A DNA stretch of 64,000 nucleotides from Candidatus Latescibacterota bacterium (GTDB lineage Bacteria > Latescibacterota > UBA2968 > UBA8231), in assembly GCA_965197905.1 (NCBI GenBank), contig CBDAOB010000005.1, positions 512,001 to 576,000 on the forward strand. Direction: 5' to 3'. The notes below the pieces were generated by a model. It saw only the letters and a list, made by a program, of their open reading frames with translations. It made no database searches and had not been told where the DNA came from. The position numbers and the translations under genes were made by a program. Positions 1 to 9,571 of the stretch are shown piece by piece. Every line of letters begins with the position of its first letter. Position 1 is the stretch's first letter.

Positions 1-155
1 AGGTGATTCTACTGCGCTACGGCGGCGTTCAGGCGTTTGTGGCCGGCAAGCCGCTCTTCTACGGGCTGGGGGTCGGGTATGTTACCGGCGTCGCCGTTTC
101 GCTCTGCGTCGATCTGATCTGGTTTCCAGTGGGACACCGTGTGCATGACTGGTGA
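1..155 (+). CDS. 3' end of a DUF6785/DUF6784-like inner-membrane protein (truncated by window start)
   Basis: Frame from nt 3 reads VILLRYGGVQAFVAGKPLFYGLGVGYVTGVAVSLCVDLIWFPVGHRVHDW*, stop TGA 153-155. It aligns closely with the C-termini of 29952..31925 and 39331..41262 (LLRYGGVRAYLAGKPFFYGLGIGY...WFP..HRVHWW). Confidence 0.9.
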   Translation, partial: VILLRYGGVQAFVAGKPLFYGLGVGYVTGVAVSLCVDLIWFPVGHRVHDW

Positions 156-3100
156 TCCGCACAAAGAGTCCAGATCGTTGATAGATCGCAATCGGCTCGA
201 TCGCCGATCCCAGTCGTGCAGGTGCGCGGCGGCAATCGCCTGCTTGCTGCTGCTCTATGGATTGCCGGCGAAGGCCGCGACCGATCGAATTGAAACGACT
301 ATTCGCCACCTCAGCGGAATGGGATCCCGGGTCGCCGGATATCCCGGTTGCGACAGCGCCGCTGCGTTCATAGAGGCGGAATTTCGCGCCATGGGACTGG
401 AGCGCGTACGCCGCGAGCAATTCCCGATCACCGTGCCCATGGACAAAGGGGGGCGACTGCGAGTGGGGGACGAGGAGATTCCACTCTACGGTTTGTGGCC
501 GAACCTGGTCCGCACGTCCACGGTGCCGCCCGACGGGTTGAACGCGCCGATGATCTACGGCGGCAATGGGGATTGGACCGATTTCGACGGTAAAGAGATG
601 GAGGGACGTCTCGTCCTTCTGGAGTTCAACAGCGAGGATCGCTGGTTGCACGCGGGTGCGCTGGGTGCGCGGGCGGTGGTATTCATCGAGCCGGAGACGA
701 GCACCTGGCTGCAGGCGAACGAGAAATACATCGACCTACCGCTCGATTTGCCTCGATACTGGATCGACCGGGCCAGCGGTATCGCATTGCGTCAGGAGCT
801 TCGCGAGGCGGAAGCCCCAGTCAGTCTCTACGGAAGAATGGATTGGGAGGAGCGATCTGCCTGGAATGTCCTGGGCCAGATCTCCGGAACCGATCCCGTT
901 CTGCGTGACGAGCTCGTGGTTGTTCAAGCGTATTACGACGGCAATTCCGTGGTGCCGGCGCTGGCACCCGCGGCCGAAGCGGCAGCGGGCATCGCCGCTC
1001 TGCTCGAGCTCGGCCGTTATCTTCGCAAGCATCCCCCGGCAAGATCGGTGATTCTACTGGCGACCTCTGCACATTTCCAGCACATGCAAGGTGCGGTGGC
1101 GTTTATGGAACGTCACGCGCGCTTCCATAAAAAATTCGTCGACCGCGTCCCGGAGCCGCTGCCGGTGAAGCTGTTCCTCAGCCTCGATCTTTCCACGCGC
1201 AGCGACCAGCTGGCGATCTGGGGCGGCCACAACAAGCCCGATCTGCGCCGTTTCTACGCTCCGTTCGGCCGTCGCTTCACCGAGTACGCCAGCCAGATCG
1301 CGCCAACGGTGGGCATCGACCCGGAGAGCGCGCTGGTCAACGGGATAAGTCCGATCCGCGGGCTCGAATGGAAGAACTTCGTGCCGGAGGGAATGCCGTC
1401 CGATGCCCAGATGACCCACATCGGCGGTCTCATGTCGCTGGTATTCGCAACTGTTTTCGACGGGCGCTTCCAGCTCGACACCCCTCTCGATCTTCCGGAA
1501 TTCGTCGACTACGGGAGTCTTCGGCGGCAAACGTCGTTGTTACTGCCGCTTGTTAGCAAGGGTCTCAACGACCCGCGTTTATTCACCGATCTAAAGCGGT
1601 TCGGCGCACTGATGACGGACAGATTGCGTCACGACAACCGCAAGCAAAGTGTGGTCCTTGGAGATGGCTTCCGTGACCTGAAGGTGGAGGCGCGCAGATT
1701 CCCGAGAAAGAGCCAGTTACCGGACCAGCCGGTCAAGGACGCGCTGGTGGTTGTCATGCCTGGGGGGCATTACACCACCGAATCGCTGAAAGGAGTTCGT
1801 TTCCCCCGTCTGGCGTATACCGACGACAACGGGAATCTCAACGCTGTGGGGTTTCCGACGGGCGGGAGGAACCTCTCCGCCTACCAGCTGGACCCGGTAA
1901 GCGGCGATGTGTTGATGGCTCCGGATTTGAGTAAACGGTCCGAGGTCCACAACGGCAAAGCGAACGCCGGGGGGGGCTTAAATCTCAACATCCGCTACAA
2001 GCTGAATGAAAAGCTGGTTGTGCTGTTTCCCGCGGTTTCGCAACCGCTTTACAACCTCATCGAACCCCGCTTCGTCGTTCCCATGCTCAAGCTGAAAGCG
2101 CTGGATCCGGCAGGTCGACCCGCACGCCAATTCGGATATGCCCTGCGCGGATCCAGCCGCGAAGGAGCTGGGGTGGTGTTCGGACCACGTGGCGTCGAGC
2201 ATGCGGACCGGCTCAAGCTAGTGGTGGGCCGCGGTCGCATGTTGCTCACCAACAGTCAAGGGGTCGAAAGCGAGGCGCAGTCACGGGGGATCGGTTATCT
2301 CCTGTCCGCAGAGACCCTGGGTCATGCGGCGTGGCTGGGGTTGAGGGACATGTGGTCACTAACCGAAAGCCGACTGCGCACTATGCGACGGCACGCGATC
2401 GAGAACCGACGCCTTTCACATCTACACGAACGGGCCGGTCAGCTTATGGCCGCCGCCGAGGATGCGCGTCTCAACCTGCGATGGTCCGACTACGTGGCCC
2501 ATCTGCGGGCGGCGATCGGCACCGAGGCGCGGGCGTATCCCGACGCTCTCGGCACTCTCAACGACGTCATCAAAGGGCTGGTGTTTTTCCTCGCTCTGGT
2601 CATACCGGCGGCGTTTTTCGCCGAACGTCTGCTGCTGGCGGCGGCAGACATCCGCCGGCAACTGCTCGGGTTCGGACTGCTGCTGCTACTTGTATGGCTA
2701 ATCATTTCGCAGATCCATCCAGCCTTCGCGATCGCCAACCCGATCGTCATTCTCCTGGCCTTCGCGATCATGGCGATGTCGTTCTTCGTACTGACCATGG
2801 TGGTCGGTCGCTTCAATCGCTATATGCGCGACTATCAGCTGAGTGCGGCGCAGGTGCACGAGGCGGATATAAGCCGGGGCGGTGCGCTCTACACCGCGTT
2901 TATGCTTGGAATATCCAACATGCGGCGCCGCAAGCTGCGCACTTGGCTAACCTTCACTACCCTGACCCTGCTCACTTTTACCGTGCTCTCCTTCTCGTCC
3001 TACCGGGACCGAATCCAGTTTTACGGTTTCGGGCTTTGGCGCAGCGGCGCCTACCACGGCGCCCTGGTTCGCAATTGGGATTGGTACGGGCTGGATCTCA

Positions 3101-4659
3101 CCCTGCTGGAATACGTGCGTTCGCACTTCGGGAGCCACGCCCTGCTTAGTCCACGGTGTTGGTACGTGGTGGACTCCCCCGAAGGAGGCAGCACCATGTC
3201 GGTCAACTACGGCGCCGAATCGGTGCAGGCAGGAGGACTCTACGGCGTCAGCGTGGCCGAGTCGGAACTCACCCGATTTGATGCGGCTGTGGTGGCGGGC
3301 TCATGGTTTGAACGCGACGACGAGGCCACCTGTCTGGTCCCAGTCCAAATGGCAAAAAATCTCGGGATAGGCGCCGACGAAATAGGGCGCGCGACGGTCC
3401 AGGTATTCGGCCGCGAGGTGCTGGTCAGGGGGGTAGTCGACGAAAATCGGGTCAAACAAATCTTCGATCTGGACGGAGAGATCCTGACTCCTGTCGATTT
3501 CCACATCCCTACCCAGGATGTCGGCATTGCACAAGAGGAAGCGGAGCGTGCAACCGACCAGTTCTTCGATTTCATGGAACCCCTCGATCACATACCTCCG
3601 GAACAGGTTCTGTATCTTCCGTATCAGACCCTCATGGACTCTGGCGGGGAGCTGCATTCCATTGCGCTTGGGTTCCACGACGGGACGGATGGACTGGGTC
3701 TGGTGAAAGCCTTTCTGCAACGCGTGGACACGACCCTCTTTGCCGGATTCCCTGAACCGGGCACCGATGAGATTCGGGTATACTCCTACGGCTCTGCGGG
3801 GATGACCTCCATTGAAGGGCTGGGGAAGCTGGTCATACCGATGGTGATCGCCGCCCTCATAGTTTTGAACACGATGCTGGGAGCGGTGTACGAACGCAGT
3901 CGCGAGATCGGTATCTACTCTTCGGTAGGGCTTGCGCCGGCTCACATAGCCATGCTTTTCATCGCCGAAGCCTGTGTCTATGCGGTGCTGGGAATAACGG
4001 CCGGTTACATCCTTGGGCAGGGGACGGGGAAGCTGCTACTGGCGGCTGGTCTCTCCACCGGCGTCAACCTCAACTACTCCTCGCTGGCCGCCGTTGCTTC
4101 GGCGCTGTTGGTGATGGCCATCGTGCTGCTCTCGACCGTCTATCCCGCGCGCCTCGCGGCGCGAGCGGCGGTGCCGGACGTTGTGCGCCGGTGGAAGCCG
4201 CCAGCTACCGACGGCGACCGTTGGAGCTTCCAGTTCCCATTCATGGTCAACGCCGCCGAGGTCGTGGGCGTCTGCGGATTTCTGCACAGCTACTTCTCGG
4301 CCTACAGCGAGGAATCGTTGGGTACCTTCTACGCCGACAAGACGCGTATCGTTGGCGAGACTGGCGAACTCGGCGAAGAGTTCGGGCTGCAGATGGTGAT
4401 CTGGCTGGCGCCCTTCGACATGGGGGTGAGTCAGTACTTGCAGATCGCTTTTGCGCCGACGGATTCTGCCTCGATTTGTTCTATCGAGATTTTCATACAG
4501 CGCATCAGCGGCCAGGATGCGTTCTGGAAAAGCACCAACCAGCGTTTCATGAACGGCCTGCGTAAGGAGTTTCTCATCTGGCACACCCTCGACGCCAGAT
4601 CCAAGGAAGAACACCGGCAAACGGCACTGCACCAGCTTGCCCTTGCGGAGGCGAGATGA
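139..4659 (+). CDS. Large membrane protein: PA domain + degenerate M28 peptidase-like domain fused to FtsX/MacB-like ABC permease segments
   Basis: 1506-aa ORF; true start may be slightly downstream. Signal-peptide-like AAAIACLLLLYGLPAKA. M28-type N-terminus (GSRVAGYPGCDSAAAFIEAEF), PA motif (IYGGNGDWTDFDGKEMEGRLVLL), VVVQAYYDG. TM bundle, MacB-like NMRRRKLRTWLT and FtsX signature VLNTMLGAVYERSREIGIYSSVGL. Confidence 0.85.
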   Translation: MCMTGDPHKESRSLIDRNRLDRRSQSCRCAAAIACLLLLYGLPAKAATDRIETTIRHLSGMGSRVAGYPGCDSAAAFIEAEFRAMGLERVRREQFPITVPMDKGGRLRVGDEEIPLYGLWPNLVRTSTVPPDGLNAPMIYGGNGDWTDFDGKEMEGRLVLLEFNSEDRWLHAGALGARAVVFIEPETSTWLQANEKYIDLPLDLPRYWIDRASGIALRQELREAEAPVSLYGRMDWEERSAWNVLGQISGTDPVLRDELVVVQAYYDGNSVVPALAPAAEAAAGIAALLELGRYLRKHPPARSVILLATSAHFQHMQGAVAFMERHARFHKKFVDRVPEPLPVKLFLSLDLSTRSDQLAIWGGHNKPDLRRFYAPFGRRFTEYASQIAPTVGIDPESALVNGISPIRGLEWKNFVPEGMPSDAQMTHIGGLMSLVFATVFDGRFQLDTPLDLPEFVDYGSLRRQTSLLLPLVSKGLNDPRLFTDLKRFGALMTDRLRHDNRKQSVVLGDGFRDLKVEARRFPRKSQLPDQPVKDALVVVMPGGHYTTESLKGVRFPRLAYTDDNGNLNAVGFPTGGRNLSAYQLDPVSGDVLMAPDLSKRSEVHNGKANAGGGLNLNIRYKLNEKLVVLFPAVSQPLYNLIEPRFVVPMLKLKALDPAGRPARQFGYALRGSSREGAGVVFGPRGVEHADRLKLVVGRGRMLLTNSQGVESEAQSRGIGYLLSAETLGHAAWLGLRDMWSLTESRLRTMRRHAIENRRLSHLHERAGQLMAAAEDARLNLRWSDYVAHLRAAIGTEARAYPDALGTLNDVIKGLVFFLALVIPAAFFAERLLLAAADIRRQLLGFGLLLLLVWLIISQIHPAFAIANPIVILLAFAIMAMSFFVLTMVVGRFNRYMRDYQLSAAQVHEADISRGGALYTAFMLGISNMRRRKLRTWLTFTTLTLLTFTVLSFSSYRDRIQFYGFGLWRSGAYHGALVRNWDWYGLDLTLLEYVRSHFGSHALLSPRCWYVVDSPEGGSTMSVNYGAESVQAGGLYGVSVAESELTRFDAAVVAGSWFERDDEATCLVPVQMAKNLGIGADEIGRATVQVFGREVLVRGVVDENRVKQIFDLDGEILTPVDFHIPTQDVGIAQEEAERATDQFFDFMEPLDHIPPEQVLYLPYQTLMDSGGELHSIALGFHDGTDGLGLVKAFLQRVDTTLFAGFPEPGTDEIRVYSYGSAGMTSIEGLGKLVIPMVIAALIVLNTMLGAVYERSREIGIYSSVGLAPAHIAMLFIAEACVYAVLGITAGYILGQGTGKLLLAAGLSTGVNLNYSSLAAVASALLVMAIVLLSTVYPARLAARAAVPDVVRRWKPPATDGDRWSFQFPFMVNAAEVVGVCGFLHSYFSAYSEESLGTFYADKTRIVGETGELGEEFGLQMVIWLAPFDMGVSQYLQIAFAPTDSASICSIEIFIQRISGQDAFWKSTNQRFMNGLRKEFLIWHTLDARSKEEHRQTALHQLALAEAR

Positions 4660-4723
4660 TCGGCAGTGGCAGCCGAGACCTACCGTGTCGTGGACCCGCC
4701 CCAGCCTCGCGGGAGCCCTAACC

Positions 4724-7387
4724 ATGGCACGTCGCGATCGCAAGATGCGTCAATGGGAGGAGGTGGAGGAGTACCGCGGCCTGCTGGAGGCGCCCAACCG
4801 CTTCGAGACCGGGTTCACCCTGCGCACAGTTATCGGGGTTCTCTTCATCTCCCTGATCATGACACCCGGAGAGATGTATCTCGGCCTGGTTACCGGCGGC
4901 AGCATCGGGGCAGCCGCTCAATGGGTTACCGTGATTCTGTTCCTGGAGGTGGCCAAACGCTCGTTCACCTCGCTGCGGCGGCAGGAGATCTATCTCCTGG
5001 TCTACGTGGCGTCGGCGTTAGTGGCGCGCGAGGAGGGGGCGTTTCTCGATCTGCTATGGCGTCAGTATTTCGTCACCTCGGCGGAAGCCGATCAGTTCGG
5101 CATCTCCCGCCTTCTTCCCTGGTGGTGGGTCCCAGACCCGGATTCGGAGGCGATCGCCGAACGCACCTTTCTGCATAGCGACTGGCTCGTTCCGATCCTG
5201 CTCCTGATCATGGGCACGATCGTCGGTCGCATCGCCTGGTTTACCTCCGGGTACATGCTGTTCCGTCTGACCTCCGATAAGGAGCAGCTCCCTTTTCCCA
5301 CCGCCCCCATGTCAGCGCTCTCCTCCATGGCGTTGGCGGAAGAGAGCGGTGATGAGAGGGAGTCCTGGAAATGGCCGGTTTTCAGTATCGGTGGCGCCAT
5401 TGGCGCGGTATTCGGAGTGGTATACGTAGGGATTCCCACGGTCACCGAGATCATGGGCAAGAAGTCGACCCTGATTCCGATTCCGTTTGCCGACTTCACC
5501 CCTTATTTCGGCAATTTCATACCCGCGGCCCCACTGGGCATCACCTTGCATCTGGGGCCTATCTTTGCCGGTCTGCTAATGCCGTTCTGGGCGGTGATCG
5601 GCTCTTTTGCGGGCGTCGTCGCACACATCGCCGCCAGTCCCTTCCTTTACGACATGGGGTTGCTGCCGCGGTGGGAGGTGGGCATGGACACGATCCGCAC
5701 CCAGATCGCCACCGGGATCGATTTCTGGCGCGCCTTCTCCATCGGCGTCACCATCGCCGTCACCATCATCAGTTTCTATCAACTTTTCGCCACTGGGCGC
5801 GAGAAGCGGTTGGAGGTCCGCGAAAAGCTGGAAGGAGAGCGCTCGAGCTACCCCGACACCTGCCAGCACGATGGGTGCTCTCGTCCTTCCAAGGTGCGGG
5901 GTCTCTGTCTAACTCACCTGGGCCGCGGTGACTTCAACCTGTGGGCGTGCGCTGCCTTGTTTTGCGTGGCCGCCATCTATCCAATCATCCTCGCAAAAGC
6001 TCTTTTTCCGACCCTAATGAGCGTCGGAATGCTGGTGACCTTCGTGCTGATCGCCTTCCTCTATGCTCCGATCATGTCGTTCGTGAGCGCCCGGCTGGAC
6101 GGGCTTATCGGACGCGAGGTCGCCGTACCCTACATCAACGAAGCGGTGATCTTCCTGACCGGTTATCGCGGCGTGGATGTCTGGTTCGTGCCCTTTCCAA
6201 CCCGCAACTACGGCGGCCACGCGGAAGGTTTCCGCGTGGTTGAGCTCACCGGTATGCGCTTTACCAGCCTGCTCAAGGCGGAGCTGTTCATGATTCCAAT
6301 CGTCTTCGGCGTCAGCCTGATGTACTGGACCTTTCTCTGGCGTCTGGCGCCGATTCCCTCCGACAGCTACCCGTACGCCCAAATGATGTGGCCGCTGCGG
6401 GCGTTTGATCAGGCGCTGTTCTTTTCGAGCACGATGTATTCCCGCAACTGGCGTGCGGGTGAGGAGGTGGAGGGTGAGGTGCTCGGCAGTGGGCATGCGG
6501 CTTGGAGCCCGAGTAATCTCCAGGATCGGCGGTGGTGGTACTGGCGCGCACGCTGTACCACTGATGTCCACATACCTGATCCGCAGAAACGCACTTACGG
6601 CAAGTGGTCGAAGATCGGTTATTTCTACACCGACCTGGACCGCAGCGGTCCTCCTGAACGGATCGCTGTGCCGTTAAAGGGGGGACTCCAAGAATTCACT
6701 CCGGAGACCAAATCCGCGGCGGAGCCAGCGGTGGTGGTTGGTGAGCTTGCTGCGCCACGCCTGCTGTGGCCCCCTGATGGCAGCGGCGTGGCCACCGTAA
6801 ACCCGAATTTTCGCGTGCAGGCCGCGCTAGCTCGCAACGACAGCATCGAGTTTTACTTCGAGGTGGATCGAGTCCCCACCTTCGACGGCCAGTTCCGTTC
6901 CAATTCCGCTGAGCGCCCGCTCCTCTTCCAGGTGCTTTGGGAGGACCTGAAGTATACCGGCGATCTGCGCGACGACGACGGCGACGGTCGCGTCGATGAG
7001 GAGGTGGTAAACGGGAGAGACGACGACGGCGACAAGCTGATCGACGAGGATGTCCATCATCCCTTCGGAGGACTCAAATGGCCAATCATCGCCATCGGGG
7101 CCGGATTCGGGCTGTTCGCCTACTTCCTGCTCTCCTTCTTCGGCATGCCGATATTTCTGATCTGGGGGTACGTGCAGAGTGTCAACGGCATACCTCACAC
7201 CTTGCTGCCCCAGATCATCGGCGCTTTGCTGGCCCGATTCTATTTCTGGAAGCGGTACGGAAAACAGGAGTGGCGGCGCTACGCCATGGTGCTGGCGGTC
7301 GGTTTCGGGGTAGGCATGGCCTTGATCGGCATGTTCTGCGCCGCTCTGGCGATGATCAGCAAGGCGGTCTCCTCCCTTTCCTATTGA
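4724..7387 (+). CDS. OPT/YSL-like oligopeptide transporter-related membrane protein with inserted soluble segments
   Basis: ATG 4724 follows GGGAG (4711-4715); the ORF track starts at 4637. Many TM helices; OPT-like FTLRTVIGV and EQLPFPTA motifs. Insertions: CxxxGC..CxxH and DDDGDG repeats. Confidence 0.75.
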   Translation: MARRDRKMRQWEEVEEYRGLLEAPNRFETGFTLRTVIGVLFISLIMTPGEMYLGLVTGGSIGAAAQWVTVILFLEVAKRSFTSLRRQEIYLLVYVASALVAREEGAFLDLLWRQYFVTSAEADQFGISRLLPWWWVPDPDSEAIAERTFLHSDWLVPILLLIMGTIVGRIAWFTSGYMLFRLTSDKEQLPFPTAPMSALSSMALAEESGDERESWKWPVFSIGGAIGAVFGVVYVGIPTVTEIMGKKSTLIPIPFADFTPYFGNFIPAAPLGITLHLGPIFAGLLMPFWAVIGSFAGVVAHIAASPFLYDMGLLPRWEVGMDTIRTQIATGIDFWRAFSIGVTIAVTIISFYQLFATGREKRLEVREKLEGERSSYPDTCQHDGCSRPSKVRGLCLTHLGRGDFNLWACAALFCVAAIYPIILAKALFPTLMSVGMLVTFVLIAFLYAPIMSFVSARLDGLIGREVAVPYINEAVIFLTGYRGVDVWFVPFPTRNYGGHAEGFRVVELTGMRFTSLLKAELFMIPIVFGVSLMYWTFLWRLAPIPSDSYPYAQMMWPLRAFDQALFFSSTMYSRNWRAGEEVEGEVLGSGHAAWSPSNLQDRRWWYWRARCTTDVHIPDPQKRTYGKWSKIGYFYTDLDRSGPPERIAVPLKGGLQEFTPETKSAAEPAVVVGELAAPRLLWPPDGSGVATVNPNFRVQAALARNDSIEFYFEVDRVPTFDGQFRSNSAERPLLFQVLWEDLKYTGDLRDDDGDGRVDEEVVNGRDDDGDKLIDEDVHHPFGGLKWPIIAIGAGFGLFAYFLLSFFGMPIFLIWGYVQSVNGIPHTLLPQIIGALLARFYFWKRYGKQEWRRYAMVLAVGFGVGMALIGMFCAALAMISKAVSSLSY

Positions 7388-7406
7388 TTCCGCGGCTACC
7401 CATTCC

Positions 7407-9551
7407 ATGAACAAACAGATTCCCGAACACCTGCGCGCCTCTAGCAGCGAAACGGACGCATCGGTCGACCGCAAGGGTTCTGCGGATAACGTGGGCCAGC
7501 TGCGACTACGCGCTTTGCTCGTGGGCTTACTGCTGATCTCGTTCCTCACGGTGGGAGCAGCTCACGTCGAGATCCTTCTGCGCAGCGCCTACATGACTGT
7601 TAACGCCAGTACCGTCGGTGCCTTCGCCCTGCTGTTTTTTCTCGTCGGTGGTTTGAATGTTCTCTTGAAGGTGGGGTCGAGCCTGCGAGCGGCTACACTC
7701 ATGGCATGCGCCGCATGGGGCCTCCTCATGGTGAACTACTGGCCCTTTACCGACTTCGATCTGAGCTCACCCCATCCACTCTTCTGGGTGATGTTGGCAA
7801 CCCTCGCCCTGGCTAATCTCTTCAACGTCGGCCGCGGTAGGGATCTGATCCTCAATCGCTCTGAGCTGGTTCTCATCTATTTCATGTTGCTGGTCGCATC
7901 GGCCGTCTGCACCATGGGTTTGAGCGCCCCGCTATTATCACTGCTGCCGTCACCGTACTACTTTGCCAGCCGCGACAATCTGTGGGCGCAAAAGCTGTTT
8001 CCGCTGTTTCCGGAGCATCGGCTGTTCGTTGACGATGGTTCGGAGAACGTGGCCTTTTACGAAGGCCTGGAGGCTGGCTCCGCGGTTCCCTACGTTGCCT
8101 GGCTCGAACCGTTAGTCTGGTGGGGTGTATTCGTACTTGCAGTGTGTACGACGCTGGTCTGCCTGATGGTGATCGTCCGGCGCCAGTGGATAGAGCACGA
8201 GCGTTTGCCGTATCCTGTGGCTCAGGTGCCGATGTCATTGATCGGCGGGGAACAGAAGGGGCGGCTGCTCAACGATTTTTTCCGCCGCGGCACCATGTGG
8301 TTCGGATGCGCCATACCGATGGTCGTTGGAAGTATGCAGGCGATGTATTGGTACGACCCATCAGTGCCGATGGTACGACTCACCTGGATCTTCAAGTTTT
8401 TTGATACTGAGATACTATCTTGCCATCTCAACTTCCTGCTGCTGGGTTTCTCCTACCTGATCAATACGCAGATCGCCGCCTCCATCTGGATCTTCCACCT
8501 GCTTTACAAAGTGGAGTCTCTGTTGCTTCCAACAAGCGGATTTTTTTCGATCGCCGACGGCAGCGGAGGTACAGGAACTCTCATCGAATTGCAGGGAGGT
8601 GGGGCTTTGCTGGCTATGGCGGCAGCCGGTCTCTGGTTGGCCCGCGATCACCTGCGGTCGGTCGCGGCCGAAGTCCGGAGAAAAAGCGAATCCCCCGGAG
8701 CTGACCGCGAAATCATCTCCTATCGGGCCGCCATTTTCGGTGCGGGTGCGGGCGCCGTTCTGATGACTTGCTGGCTTTGGGTAATGGGTACACCCATGCT
8801 GTTCGCCGTGCTGCTGGTCGTCTTGGGCATGCTCATCTTGTTCGGGATTGCACGCTACGTCAGCGAGACCGGGCTGGTGCTGGCGCGTTCGCCGGTGAGC
8901 GCCCATGGGGTAATCCTGCAATCTGCCGGGAGCGGTCTTCTGGGACCCAGCGGGGTCATGGGGATCTACCTGTCAAGTCTGTGCTGGCAGTCCTATCTGA
9001 TGACAACCTGCGCTACCGGTTTGAAGCTGGTGTCCGAGATGGACCCGTCCAGTCGCCGCCAGGTCTTCAGGGCGTTGGCACTGGCTCTGATCTTCGGCCT
9101 CGCCCTGGGCGCGTATATGATGATTGAGCTGGCCTACCGCTACGGAGGGGTTAACCTTCACGGGAATCTGTTCATCAACGCTCCCAGAAATATCTTCGGA
9201 GACATCCTGCAGAACGCTGAGCCAACCGGTCCGAGTCTGCTCGGCATCGGGTTTCTGGCTAGCGGCGCGGCTACCATGTTGATGTTGATCTGGGCGCGAA
9301 TGCATATTTCCTGGTGGACGCTGAATCCTCTCGGGTTTCCCCTGAGCATGACCCTCGGCGCGGCCTGGTTCAGCGTATTTCTGGCGTGGCTGTTGAAGCG
9401 CCTGATTCTCCGCTACGGCGGGGCTTCCGCGTATCGCCGCCTGCAGCCCTTCTTCCTCGGCCTGATCGTCGGTCAATCTCTATGCATGGTGCTTTGGGTT
9501 GCGATCGGCACGTTTACCGGCCAGACCCAGGTAACGCCGTTCCGCTTCTAG
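7407..9551 (+). CDS. DUF6785/DUF6784-like polytopic inner-membrane protein (subfamily A)
   Basis: 714 aa, highly hydrophobic. Motifs LNRSEL, RRQWIEHERLPYPVAQVP, YRYGGVNL, WWTLNPLGF, LRYGG.SAYRRLQPFFLGL. Paralogue of the next ORF. Confidence 0.8.
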   Translation: MNKQIPEHLRASSSETDASVDRKGSADNVGQLRLRALLVGLLLISFLTVGAAHVEILLRSAYMTVNASTVGAFALLFFLVGGLNVLLKVGSSLRAATLMACAAWGLLMVNYWPFTDFDLSSPHPLFWVMLATLALANLFNVGRGRDLILNRSELVLIYFMLLVASAVCTMGLSAPLLSLLPSPYYFASRDNLWAQKLFPLFPEHRLFVDDGSENVAFYEGLEAGSAVPYVAWLEPLVWWGVFVLAVCTTLVCLMVIVRRQWIEHERLPYPVAQVPMSLIGGEQKGRLLNDFFRRGTMWFGCAIPMVVGSMQAMYWYDPSVPMVRLTWIFKFFDTEILSCHLNFLLLGFSYLINTQIAASIWIFHLLYKVESLLLPTSGFFSIADGSGGTGTLIELQGGGALLAMAAAGLWLARDHLRSVAAEVRRKSESPGADREIISYRAAIFGAGAGAVLMTCWLWVMGTPMLFAVLLVVLGMLILFGIARYVSETGLVLARSPVSAHGVILQSAGSGLLGPSGVMGIYLSSLCWQSYLMTTCATGLKLVSEMDPSSRRQVFRALALALIFGLALGAYMMIELAYRYGGVNLHGNLFINAPRNIFGDILQNAEPTGPSLLGIGFLASGAATMLMLIWARMHISWWTLNPLGFPLSMTLGAAWFSVFLAWLLKRLILRYGGASAYRRLQPFFLGLIVGQSLCMVLWVAIGTFTGQTQVTPFRF

Positions 9552-9571
9552 CAGCCTAAGACGAAGAATCC

